Of a stretch of 58,416 bases of DNA, positions 1-10,479 are shown in pieces. The position numbers and the translations under genes are program-made. Position 1 is the first letter of the stretch. Each line of letters starts with the position of its first letter. The DNA comes from Chromera velia. Taxonomy: Eukaryota. Under the pieces are notes generated by a model that worked only from the letters and a program-made list of their open reading frames with translations, was not told the origin of the DNA and searched no databases. The stretch covers positions 1-58,416 of the forward strand of contig JAHBMJ010000081.1 in assembly GCA_018398765.1 (NCBI GenBank), written 5' to 3'.

Positions 1-45
1 CCCCCCCCCGCCCCCAACGCCCCCCCCCCTCCCCCCCCTACCTAC

Positions 46-1674
46 CTGTTCTTCAGCTGGAACCCCTGCATTGCTTGAATTGCCATCTCCTGCAGCAGCA
101 GACACACCCAGAGAAAGACAAGGGAGAAAAAAGAGGGTGTGCGCAGAAAATGAATGCACAGACTGAAAAGAAAAAAAAACGGAAGAGAAAATTCCAGGCA
201 GAAGGCACGAAAACGTTACAGGAGGAATTCGTGATTCAGGAAGAGACAGCCGTTCTTCGATCTTCTCACTCACTCCAACAGGTCTGCAACCGAAATCCAA
301 AAAGGCAGACCGACGGAACGAAGACCGGACTCGAGCAGAAAAGGAAGGAGAAACTCCAGACGGACGAGAAAGAGTGAAAGAGGGAGAGGGAGACGGAGGA
401 AGAAAGGGAGGGTGGGAGAGAGAGAAGGGAGAAAGAAAAAACTGACTGCAGCCTCAGGAACTGTGTACTCGATGAAGCAGAACCCCTTGGACCTCCCCCC
501 TTCTTTGGGCATCTCCACGTTGATGATCGTGCCGAAAGCCTGGAACACCTGTCTGATGTCAGACTCGGTCAGGGAGTAGTCCAAACTCCCCACGTAGATG
601 CGGCATCGAGACTTCATCAGCTGCAACACACAAGGGCATTGAGGGAAGGCGGAGCAGAAGGGATGCGCATGAAGGGAAAGTACACATGGCCAGAAAACGA
701 GAGATGACCACTTGATGAGAGGACGCGAAGGACAAAGGTGGTGTCTTGGCACGAAAGGTCTGTTCGATGGTCTCTCTGACTTGAGCTTTCTTCACAGGGA
801 AACGAAATGTCTTCACATAACCCAGAACGACGAGATGAGTGAAAAGAGGGGTCAGAGCAACAAAACCGACCAACCTGCCCGTTCTGCATCAAAGACGTGA
901 GGTCTCCCAGTCCTCCTCCTGCCAGCTGGGCGGCAATCTGCACATGCAGACAAGAAAGGATCACGAAAAAAGAACATCAGGCTACAGAGCACACACAGAA
1001 TTTGCATTTCAGTGGGGACGTGAAGAGGTGGGTGGGGGAGAAACGGACAGCCAAATCAAGTCCCAAAACCAAGACAAACCAAGACAAAGGTAGAAAGCAG
1101 AACAATCAAGAACGAATGAACACTGAACAACGTGTCCATTGATTCTGGCACGCTCCTTCCTTCCTGCTTCTTCTCAAGAGTGAAAAATGGAAGCTTTACA
1201 GGTTCAGAAAGCAGTAAAGCAGAACCCACTCAAGAGTGAAAAATTGAAGCTTTACAGGTTCAGAAAGCAGTAAAGCAGAACCCACGCACTGCATTCCCTT
1301 CTGACCTCCTCTGGTGTCTGAGGCTTTGCAGGGGCAGAAGCATCAGCGCCATCGTCTGTTTCCCACCCACGGCGCTTGCGAGCTGCCTGCAAGGACACAT
1401 AAAAGACACAAAGAAGAAAAGAAGTGCGTGCACCTCATCCGAAAAACAGCAGAAACTTGCCTGTCTTGAGGGAAGGATCGTCACATGGCGACACTCTTAT
1501 CCAGGCAGGACGCAAAACGACACATAGAGAGACTCTGCAAATCAGAGTTGAGAAAAGGAAAAGGCCGTTGGACAAGCTTGTGCACAGGAAACAAAGCAAA
1601 TCAACCAAGACCCTTTCCAACTAAGCCAGACTGACCCCGGGGCTGCGACTTCTGCTGCGGTCTCTGGCACTCAT
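46..1674 (-). CDS. RRM RNA-binding protein, PUF60-like splicing factor; multi-exon, 3' part lies outside the window
   Basis: Exon 1674-1636 encodes MSARDRSRSRSPG followed by gtcagt. Further exons lie at ~1386-1305 and ~937-875. Exon 620-447 encodes LMKSRCRIYVGSLDYSLTESDIRQVFQAFGTIINVEMPKEGGRSKGFCFIEY (RNP2 IYVGSL, RNP1 KGFCFIEY). Exon 89-46 encodes EMAIQAMQGFQLKNR followed by gtaggt. CRIYVGS resembles PUF60 RRM1. Confidence 0.8.
1172..1286. repeat. Intronic tandem duplication of ~57 nt
   Basis: ctcaagagtgaaaaat(g/t)gaagctttacaggttcagaaagcagtaaagcagaaccca occurs twice head-to-tail. Confidence 0.9.
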
Positions 1675-2314
1675 GTCTTTCAGTGGAGATGCTCCTGGAA
1701 GCAGCTAAGGCAAATCGGAACCACTGAGGGCTCAGGTAACTTCAAGTTTCTGCTTGAAAGATTGGACTGGAGGACCTTCAAACAGCGAACACGTACGCAG
1801 TCCCAAAGTGGAAGCTTTCTAAGATCGTGCAGTATATAAAGCACACAGACTGCCACAATCAACTTGAGGCCACTTGAAACACCTACGGTTTGAGACTGTT
1901 CGCTGCTGGTGGTTTTCTCCTCCAATGAAACCTCCGCCGTGAACGTCTTTCGTCTTCTTGAATCCTTTCTCTTTTCATCTTTTTTCTACTTTTTCGGAAA
2001 GAACTTTTCCGGGGTCACGTACCGGCCCACAAAACGGCCCACAGAAATGCAAAAAAGCGCAAAATTTTGCCTTCCGGGCCCCAGGTCGAGAACCGATTCA
2101 TGTGACTCTGACAGAGAGCCGATTCGTCATCATTCGTGTCATTCCTTCAATCTTCAGAGAGTCAGAGAAGCGTGCTTGGTTCAGCGAATCGTGCTCATGG
2201 CACTGTAGTTTATTTCCTGAGTATCTTCTCTCTGGGATCTGTAAGTTTTGGACTGTTTTGTGGCACAAGAACTGCAAGAGGTCCTGTGTCTCTCCCAGCA
2301 ACAGTATTTGAAAA
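1675..2314. promoter_or_regulatory. Probable bidirectional promoter and 5' UTRs
   Basis: 640 bp separate divergent ATGs at 1674 (-) and 2315 (+). cggcccaca occurs twice at ~2023-2043. Confidence 0.5.
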
Positions 2315-3240
2315 ATGAGGCAACACGGGCTGTTTGGGTGTCTTGTCTCTGCGTTCCTGTCGGAGCAGGTGAGTGGTTTCAGTCTTCAGGGGGGTGCAGT
2401 GAGACGCAGCGGCACTGTCTTTGGAAGACGGCAAAAGGCCCTGCAGACCGAACTCGGGATGCTTCAGGAATTTCCCGCAGAATGGAAAGAGTCTCCTCCT
2501 TCAGAGTTTAAGTTCGTGAATCTTCGTATGGAGGGCGAGGACTCTACCAGCCACCCCATGATAGTCGGGTACGAGGACTGGTTGACCATCAGTGGGAACG
2601 ATTTCGCAGATGCAGTGGAGGATGCGATCACTGAGGACAACCTTCTGGGACTCCAGTTTGTCACCTTTGCTCCTGGCATGCCTCCTGATATGCTGAACAT
2701 GGGGGTCATTGTGAAGGTGGGTTCTACGGCTGTGGGTGGAAGGCATGCATCCAGTGTTCAGCTGAGTGACTTAATGGTGTTGGAGACGTGAAAGGGAGGT
2801 CGCGATGATCTCAAGAAGGGAGCTCTGCGAGAGGAGACGGCAATTCATTTCATCCCGTCTCCTTTCCTTGTCTGTCTCGCTGACTGGCTGTCTCCAGCCA
2901 GGCAGATCACTTCGCGGCAATGATCTCTGTGCATTAGTGTCTGTTGGTATCATGTGGCTCTTTCCTGTGTATCGGGAAGTTTAGCCCGCGTTTAGTTTTT
3001 TCGGTCTCCGACCAGTTCGTTGAATGTTTATTCCGTCTCCGATTTCATCCTCCGCCACTGTGCCTCTCCCCCTTTCACACATCCACCAGTGTGATGCGCC
3101 TCTCTTTATGTCGCTTCGGTCGACGAGTGGGCCAGCTACCTTCTTGTCTCTGAAAGGAAGACTAAGAAAAGAGAGGAGAAGAGACATGAAGTCCGACTCT
3201 ACAGGCTGTCTCTGTCTCTGTCTCTGTCTCTCTCTCTGTC

Positions 3241-3278
<38 letters not shown>

Positions 3279-3331
3279 CTTCCCCCTCTCCCTTCCTCCC
3301 TCCCTTCCTCCCTTCGTCCCCCTCTCTCCCT

Positions 3332-3368
<37 letters not shown>

Positions 3369-5297
3369 TATTTGAGTACTTCTCCTTGTGTCTCTCAGGT
3401 TCTGGAGCAGAAGAAAGAGTCTAAGGACACCGTCTCCCTGAAGGTGCGGACTATCGGGAGAATCGGAATTCTGGACTACCAGCAGACTTTCCCCACGGTG
3501 AGTGTGAGTGGTGGCCTGCAGGAGGGGGCTGAGAGTGGCGAGCGAAGCTGCATTCAACTTTTGGGGGGACAGCAGGCACTTCACAAGTTGGAGAAACAAG
3601 GACAGAGGACGTCAAAATAGACAGATAGACAGACAACAAAGATGCAGGACAGTTCAACAGCAATCCCTCCAACGTACCCGAATGGTGAATGACTCTCCGT
3701 CCATTCTAGCCCAACAGTGTGCTTATCTATGGCTTTCGTTTTCCCTTGGTGTTTTTTTTGTCGGATGCGCTCTCCCCCCATGCACCAGTCAGTATGTAGA
3801 CGCAGGAATATGCGTATACATGCTTGCAGGTTGTTGCCACACAGCTGGAGCTGGTGGACGACAAGCCTGGATTGAAGGATGAGATGGCGGCAAAGCAGAT
3901 GTTGGAGGAACTCATCAAGTCAGATGGATAGATAGTCTGCTTGTACGCTGTGCCTCGGTCAACATGCATGGTGAAGAAAAAATGAAAAAGCATGGGGTCT
4001 TCTCCCTTTTCGTGCAACGTAAACGCTCTTTCTGATTTCTTGTTTGTTTCTCTCAAGCCCCTCTCTTACCCGACTCCTTCGCCACTGTTCTTACAGCGTG
4101 AGAAAGAGAGAAAAAAATGGCCTCCATGTCTTCATGACTGCTTTTTGTTCCAGGCCTGTGTGTTCATTTCTCTGTGCACGCACTCATGGATATCTGATAC
4201 ACTGCGTCTTCCTGCCTCTCTCTGTTTCTGTGCTTCCCACATGTCCGTGTCCGTGAACGTGAGAAAAAGGGAAACAGGATGATTGGTTTGTTCGTGTGTC
4301 TGTCCGTGAATGGGCCTGTGTATCTCCCTGTCCGTACATGCACCTGATTCTTCCTGCACACAAAAAAATAATCTCAAGAGGAAAGAGGGTCACTTGGTCT
4401 GTCTATCCGTCCATTTGTCTCTCTTTATCAAGTCCCTCTCTTTCTTTCTTTCTGTCTCTCCCCCCTCGTCATGCAGAATTTACGACGAGAACAGAGAGCT
4501 TGAAGCCGACGTCTACAAACAGTACGGCAAGACCTTCACCGCCGTGACGATCCGTATGCGAAAGTCTCTGAGGGACATTCTCGAAGAGAGAGCTGCCACC
4601 TTCAACGTAGACCCCGTCACGGACCTGCAGGGGTACTGCCAGCTGGCGGCATTCTTGGCGATGGACCACTACATAATCAACGCAGACAGATACGATGCCT
4701 GCATGCTTGAGTACACAGAGGACAGAATGAGGTGGGTCCACTAGACACGCAGAAGGAAGGAAGGAAGAAGTCTTCTTCCTATTCAACGAAAGATGCTGAT
4801 AAGAGAGGTGGAGGGGAAGATAAATGTGTGATCCGTGTGAGGCCATCGGCCCATAAAAGTCCTCTCAAGAATCGAATTTCTCTTTCTTGTTTCTGACCTT
4901 CATTCCTTCTACACTTGTGTGTTGACCAGTTACCGAGACCTCACCTATGAATTTCAGTTCAGCTCCACACGAGCCGTTTCTTTCCTTTTTGAGTCCGGAA
5001 AAGGATGCTGTCCGGTGTGCATGTTCTCGCAGGTATGTGCGTGACAAGCTCCGCCTGGTTCTGAACAAGAACCGCAAATACCTGAAGGACCCTAAGCTGG
5101 GCATGTTGGAGGCAGACGAAACCATCAAGATGCTCAGGGAACAGGCAAAGGAGCAGGGTGTGAGCGAGGAGGAGTTTGACAAAAACCTGGAACAAATTCT
5201 GTCCACCCTCGGCCCCCAACTTCAGGCTCAGGCACAACAGGGAGGAGCCGATGCGTCGTCCCCATCCAACGCAACGGAACAGGCCGCAACGTCATGA
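2315..5297 (+). CDS. Lon protease N-terminal (substrate-binding)-like domain protein, probably plastid-targeted
   Basis: Phase-consistent exons 2315-2716, 3399-3497, 3830-3918, 4477-4731 and 5033-5297 (TGA). The leader MRQHGLFGCLVSAFLSEQVSG|FSL followed by an R/S-rich stretch looks bipartite. MGVIVKV...VSLKVRTIGRIGILDYQQTFPTVVATQLELVDD resembles the LON_substr_bdg pattern. No AAA+ or protease motifs are present. Confidence 0.65.
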
Positions 5298-6514
5298 GTA
5301 TGAGGGACCCTGTCTCTAGTTCGCTTGGAAAAACAGTCTGAGTGAATCAGACTGTGTAGTCATCAATGATGAGCAATGTCGAACTTGCACTAACCAAATC
5401 GTATCATGTGTCAGTGTGCACACTACTGACGTGACTGTCTGTGGTTTTTGTTCATTCTCTGATCCTTTGCACAAGTTGTTGACAGGGCGCACGCTTGCAT
5501 GCACGTGCATGGCAGCTTGTATACTGGAGTTTCTGAGGGAGGCTGTGGGAGAGATGGTCCTGCTTGTGCTTGCAGAAGGTTGCCGATGGCCTTGGCCAGT
5601 GGGATCACGGCAGGGGGGCTCGTGCATGGAGGCTGTACGTGTTCTTCTTGACGGTCTGCGTGGAAGTTCGCGCCTTCTCTTTTTTTTGTGACTATCCATG
5701 CAGACTCATTGCAGAGCGGCTGGGTATTCCTCTTGTACTCGATCGCCCGGTCTTCTATTTAAAGCAGAATTGCGCATTTTATAGCACCCGAACAAAAAAT
5801 CATGATCGATGTTGCAAACGTTCAAAACGATATGTATGTAAGTATACACGTCTTCTACAAACCTTGATTTAATACCACTAGTTTAGTACTAAAGTTGTTT
5901 ATCATATTATGATGCGATCATGATGCGATCTACTATATGTGGCGGATATGGGGTAGGCTAGGTTGGGCAGCGGTGCTTTTATCTTTTTAAATTTTATCTC
6001 CAATTAAGATAAGCAAGGAGCTAAAACAATAGGAATTGACACTTTCTGTTTAGCAAGTACATAGTTAGAGCATATCAAAAGAAAAAAAAAGAAAATTGGG
6101 CTAACCCTAACATATTGGGGGATAATGGGGGAAAATGGGCCCCCCATATACCCTATTTCTGAAAAATGGGCCATATATTTTATGAAGGGTACATATAAGT
6201 GATATAGAGCTCAAATTTAGTCCAAAAATTAGTTTTAAGCTTCTTCTAATCATATTTACTGCTTAGAAAGCCAAAGAATAATTTTGAATACATAAAAAAT
6301 ATATTTATAGAAATGGGGGAAAAATGGGGTACCCCATTTTCCAATATCCCGTTATCTCCTATTTATACCCTATTATACCGTATTTCAAAATTATAGCATT
6401 TTTTAATGTTTTTAAAGCCTAAAACAAGCTCTAATAGGTTTTTAAACACTTGAACATACATTATCAATATTTCTAAATAACTCTTTGGTCATCTCAACTA
6501 TTGATAGGCTGCGA

Positions 6515-7203
6515 TTATAATTCCATCTTCAGGGATATAAAAAATTTATCCGCAACATCATAGTCACCCCACCATTCTCCATCCGTGAAGCCATCCGTCT
6601 TCCCCTCAAACCTGGCCTTACACTCGCTTTCCGCTTCCCCGCTAAAAGCGAAAGCTTCTGGTGTTCCTTCAATATTGGACCAGCCAATCCAAATCTTCGT
6701 CTTTTCATGTTTCTGGAAGAACGCCTTTTTTGTGACTGAGCCAACCAGGACGATCCCCGGCCAGTCAATAAAGATCAGATGTACACTCTGCCTTACCTGA
6801 AGGAAAGTGTCTGGAATTACTTCCCCATACCCGCAAGGTCCTCCTCGAGTGATCTTTAGAACTCTCTCTAGCTTCCGCTTATACAGAAAAAGCTGCTGGT
6901 ACAGGAGCTTCCACTCAGACTTTGCTCTCCCGCCCTGTTGCAAGGAGCACCGATAAAGGTCGATCTCTGCCTCCAGTTTTTGCATCATGCAATGCAAAGA
7001 TAAATAAACTTGCAAATAGATCTGAAAATTCTGTGAAAGCAAGCCAAAATAGATATGCAGCTTTTTAACTACTTCTTTTGAGGTCTTCTCCAGACTGACG
7101 TTAAGGCGCTCATCCTCCGACAAGTTTGAAGTTTCCTGTCTTTGATCATCTTCCTCAGCTTCTTCAACTTCTTTTCGTCGAGAGGCCCCTCTGCTTTTCC
7201 ACC
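6515..7203 (-). CDS. Orphan ORF/exon (~230 aa) inside the inverted-repeat element
   Basis: Open frame 7294-6515. A likely acceptor tgcag|G lies at ~7203. The sequence is protein-like (EIDLYRCSLQQ...VHLIFIDWPGIVLVGSVTKK...KIWIGWSN). No family recognised. Confidence 0.45.
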
Positions 7204-7328
7204 TGCATGTATGTAATACGTGACAGATATATTCAACAAAATTCAATTGTGAAGAAGAAAGCGCATGCAGAGGCTGATCGTAAAACCCAAACACCAGACA
7301 GAGCCAACTGAGACAGCACCGCTGCCAC

Positions 7329-7789
7329 CAGGGTTATATTCCGACATTTTCGGCATTTAGCGTAAATGGCAGACGGCCTGGCATATTTCTGGTATTTTAC
7401 ATTCTAGATGCCGTTTGGACCGTCCCTAAAGTTCGAAAAGAAATATATACAACCCTAAAAATCCTAGTAAACTGGTTGGAAGGAGAACTTTGTGAAGAGA
7501 TATTATGTTGTTGGAGGATTTCTCAGCAAAAATTGATGGCAAACTTTTTTTTCCACAAAAAAAGTGAACGCGGTCAGGTCATACACGATATTTTTTGGCC
7601 CAACCTTAGCATCCTTGGAACTCACATACATATATTTGCTCCCCCGCCCGCCCCTCGCCCACCAGTTGCTCAGGAGGGGCCGGGAGGGGGTCTAAAATAC
7701 CGGAATGTAGCGGTATTTAGCTTAAATACCAGACGGCCCAACATTTCTAATATTTACACACATAGAAACCAGGGCTTTTTACAACTCTG
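7329..7789. mobile_element. hAT-type non-autonomous element (MITE), 461 bp
   Basis: Perfect 8-bp TSD GCTGCCAC at 7321-7328 and 7790-7797. Termini are CAGGGTTAT...ACAACTCTG. Confidence 0.85.
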
Positions 7790-8044
7790 GCTGCCACCGT
7801 AGCACTTTGAGACTGGCTAACCTTTCTGTTGAAAAACGCCGGCGGGCACCCCCTGCTTAAGGAGTGTCTCCTTCACCAAAAGTTCGAGCCAGGGGATGTT
7901 ATCAAAGAGATGGCAGCAAAAAGATATTTTCAATCCCTTACAGAAGAGGACTGATGTGAAGAATTGTGCAGAAACTATGTGTAGTGAGTCAAAACATGTC
8001 ACATTCACTACTATTTTTTAAACTTATATTTCTCTCTCTTTCTT

Positions 8045-8090
<46 letters not shown>

Positions 8091-9171
8091 GTTTAGCAAG
8101 AGGAAACATAGTGAAAATAAAACTTTGAAAGTTAATAAACCTTCTAATACTGCTTTAAAAGTTGTTTTAATTTTCTAACATTTAAAAAAGAATAATTTTA
8201 GAGTTCCCTATTTTTACCCTATTTCACCCTATTTTATCCCTATTTTTTACTTAAGGAAATTTGCCTGAAAAATGGGCCCCCCATTTCCCCCCATTTTTCA
8301 GTTAACCTTATAATTTTTGAAGTATGTGTCAAATAGTGTTCTAAGTTAATGTTTCAGAGTCTAGAAGCTTCAAAGTTCTTGAAAACACCTTTTTCTAGCC
8401 CCTGAACATGTTTTTTACCATAAAAAATAGGACCCCGTTTTTTAGAAATGGGCTATAATGGGCTTCATTTCCTCCCTATTTCCCCCATTTATCCCCTAAT
8501 ATGTTAGGGAAAAACGTAATTAGTTTTTTTAATTATTTTTGATTTTCTAGAACAATACCTGAACAACTGTTGTTTGGGGTGTTGCATAGGTGTTGCACAA
8601 TGCACAAGTATTGTCTAAAAGAAAAAAAAAAAGAAAAAAAGAAAATCAAAAATCAATTTTAGACAATTACTTTTTTATTTTTCTTTTATATGGGGAGCCT
8701 TTTTTCATTTTTGAATGGGAAAACGTTCACGATCACGAAAAGGATGAAGGAGGACAAAAGCATGTCGAAGCAGGTCGAGGATTGAGCGGGGTCAGGGACG
8801 GCAAATAAGCACCCCTTGCATGCCTATCTCCCACTCGGTTCGCACTCAGTCTGAGACTCAATATTCAGTCAGATCTGCGAACACACCACGGAGATCGATT
8901 GATATCCTGAAGCATGCTCAAAGCACAAGAATTTTTGGAGGTGCAGCTCGATCGGTATATTGGCTTACCTTCACATAGTTCTTTCATTTGCTTTCGTTAA
9001 CTCCTTTTCACTCATGCAAACAGTTTTTTCAACAAATTCCTTCAGTTTACTTCAAGACAAAGAGAGGGTCTCCCAATAGATTTTTACTGATGCGTAGTAA
9101 TAAAAACTGGGAGGAAGTCTGTTTCTAGGTCTGTTTTATCAGTGGATGGCTTTTTTCAGTAGAGAGCAGCA

Positions 9172-9425
9172 CTAGGCTCTGCACTCCATAAATTAAAAAA
9201 AAAAAGAAAAAGAAGAAAGTTTCCAATCTTTTATTTTTTTTATATTCATCAACTGAAAAGTATATGGTTTTCAATGCAACACTCCGTGCAACACTCTTGC
9301 AATACTTGAACAACAGTTGTTTACCGATTGAATGTCATGATAAATAAAAAAAAAAATCTATAAAAAAAAACTTTTTCTCTTCTTTTATTTTTTTTTTAAT
9401 GTAGTGCGGAGCCTAGGAGTACCTA
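9172..9425. mobile_element. MITE with CTAGG-type TIRs
   Basis: Left ctaggctctgcactccataaattaaaa matches the reverse complement ctaggctccgcactacattaaaa ending at 9416. AGAGCAGCA flanks it at 9163-9171 and 9426-9434. Confidence 0.7.
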
Positions 9426-10479
9426 AGAGCAGCATCGATCCACATCGAATCATCGATTAACTTAGTTAATTGACTTAATTATTAGGTATTAGTACATATA
9501 TTAGTGAAATTTATTTAATAATAGGTCGATTACTATTTTTTTTTAACATAGTCTTTATATATATTGTGTATACATTATATTCTCTGAGTTCAAGTCCAGA
9601 ATGTATGTAAGAATGTATGTATGTGTGTATAAACCACGCCTAGTTCATTGCCCATAGGTTAACATGAATACTAGTATGAATTGTAACTCCATCCCCCTCC
9701 CCCCCTTAACGTAACTGGGTTACCAAAAAACTTTAGTGCGCTGCCCCATATGAATCATGATATGATGATGCATAATGATAATGAATTTTCAACTGGATAT
9801 TTCAGTTGGTTCTGATTTATCATGTATAGAATGAGATGTACTCTTGCTCTAGGATTTGGGCCACGCATTCCCCCCCAAACTCTAGCCCAAACTTAAAGTG
9901 ACAGAAGGTTTACGATGGTTTGCGTTGCATATACTGCAAATATTATACACGTGTTAATTTGTGCATGGAGTGTCAGTGAGTTATTTTATTTATTTCACCT
10001 TTGGCAGCTTGGCTGTCTGCCTGGCTAAAGTTGCCACGATGGTTGCCACTGAGCTTTGCTAACCAGCCTCAATGTAGCAACCAGCTGGCTCGCTCAACGC
10101 GTTTCTTATGTATATGATCTTAAATATAAATTCATGACTCATGATACACCAAAAAATTTGTTTTCTCCTAAGTTTTCTCGGAGAAGATGAACTTAAATTC
10201 AAAAAAAAAATGTGGCTCTAACGTATTAATTGCCCGGCTAATCAAGTTGAATAACTTTACGAATGACTGAACAACGGTAACAATCATTTCAGATCGAATC
10301 ATTTTACTAAGGTTTACAAGTTTAGTTACAAGTTACAACTATTCATGAATATTATGAGTTTTAAAGCACACGTACATGAGAACGCACATGAGTTCAAACA
10401 AAATCCTGCAGGGGGTCACTTGACACTTGGGGGCCGGGGGTCTAAAACCAAGAAAACAACTAGACACACAAATATCGAA

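Larger units (their letters stand above)
6105..8509. mobile_element. Putative DNA transposon with ~250-300 bp imperfect inverted arms; true ends uncertain
   Basis: Left ccctaacatattgggggataatgggggaaaatggg (6105) matches the reverse complement of the right arm ending at 8509, ccctaacatattaggggataaatgggggaaataggg. A second matching block lies at ~6310-6340 versus ~8268-8298. AAATGGGG/CCCTATTT motifs recur in both arms. Confidence 0.65.

Noticed and set aside
6101..8513. piggyBac assignment based on CCC termini
   Set aside because: The flanks are CTAA and AAAA rather than TTAA, and no transposase is present.
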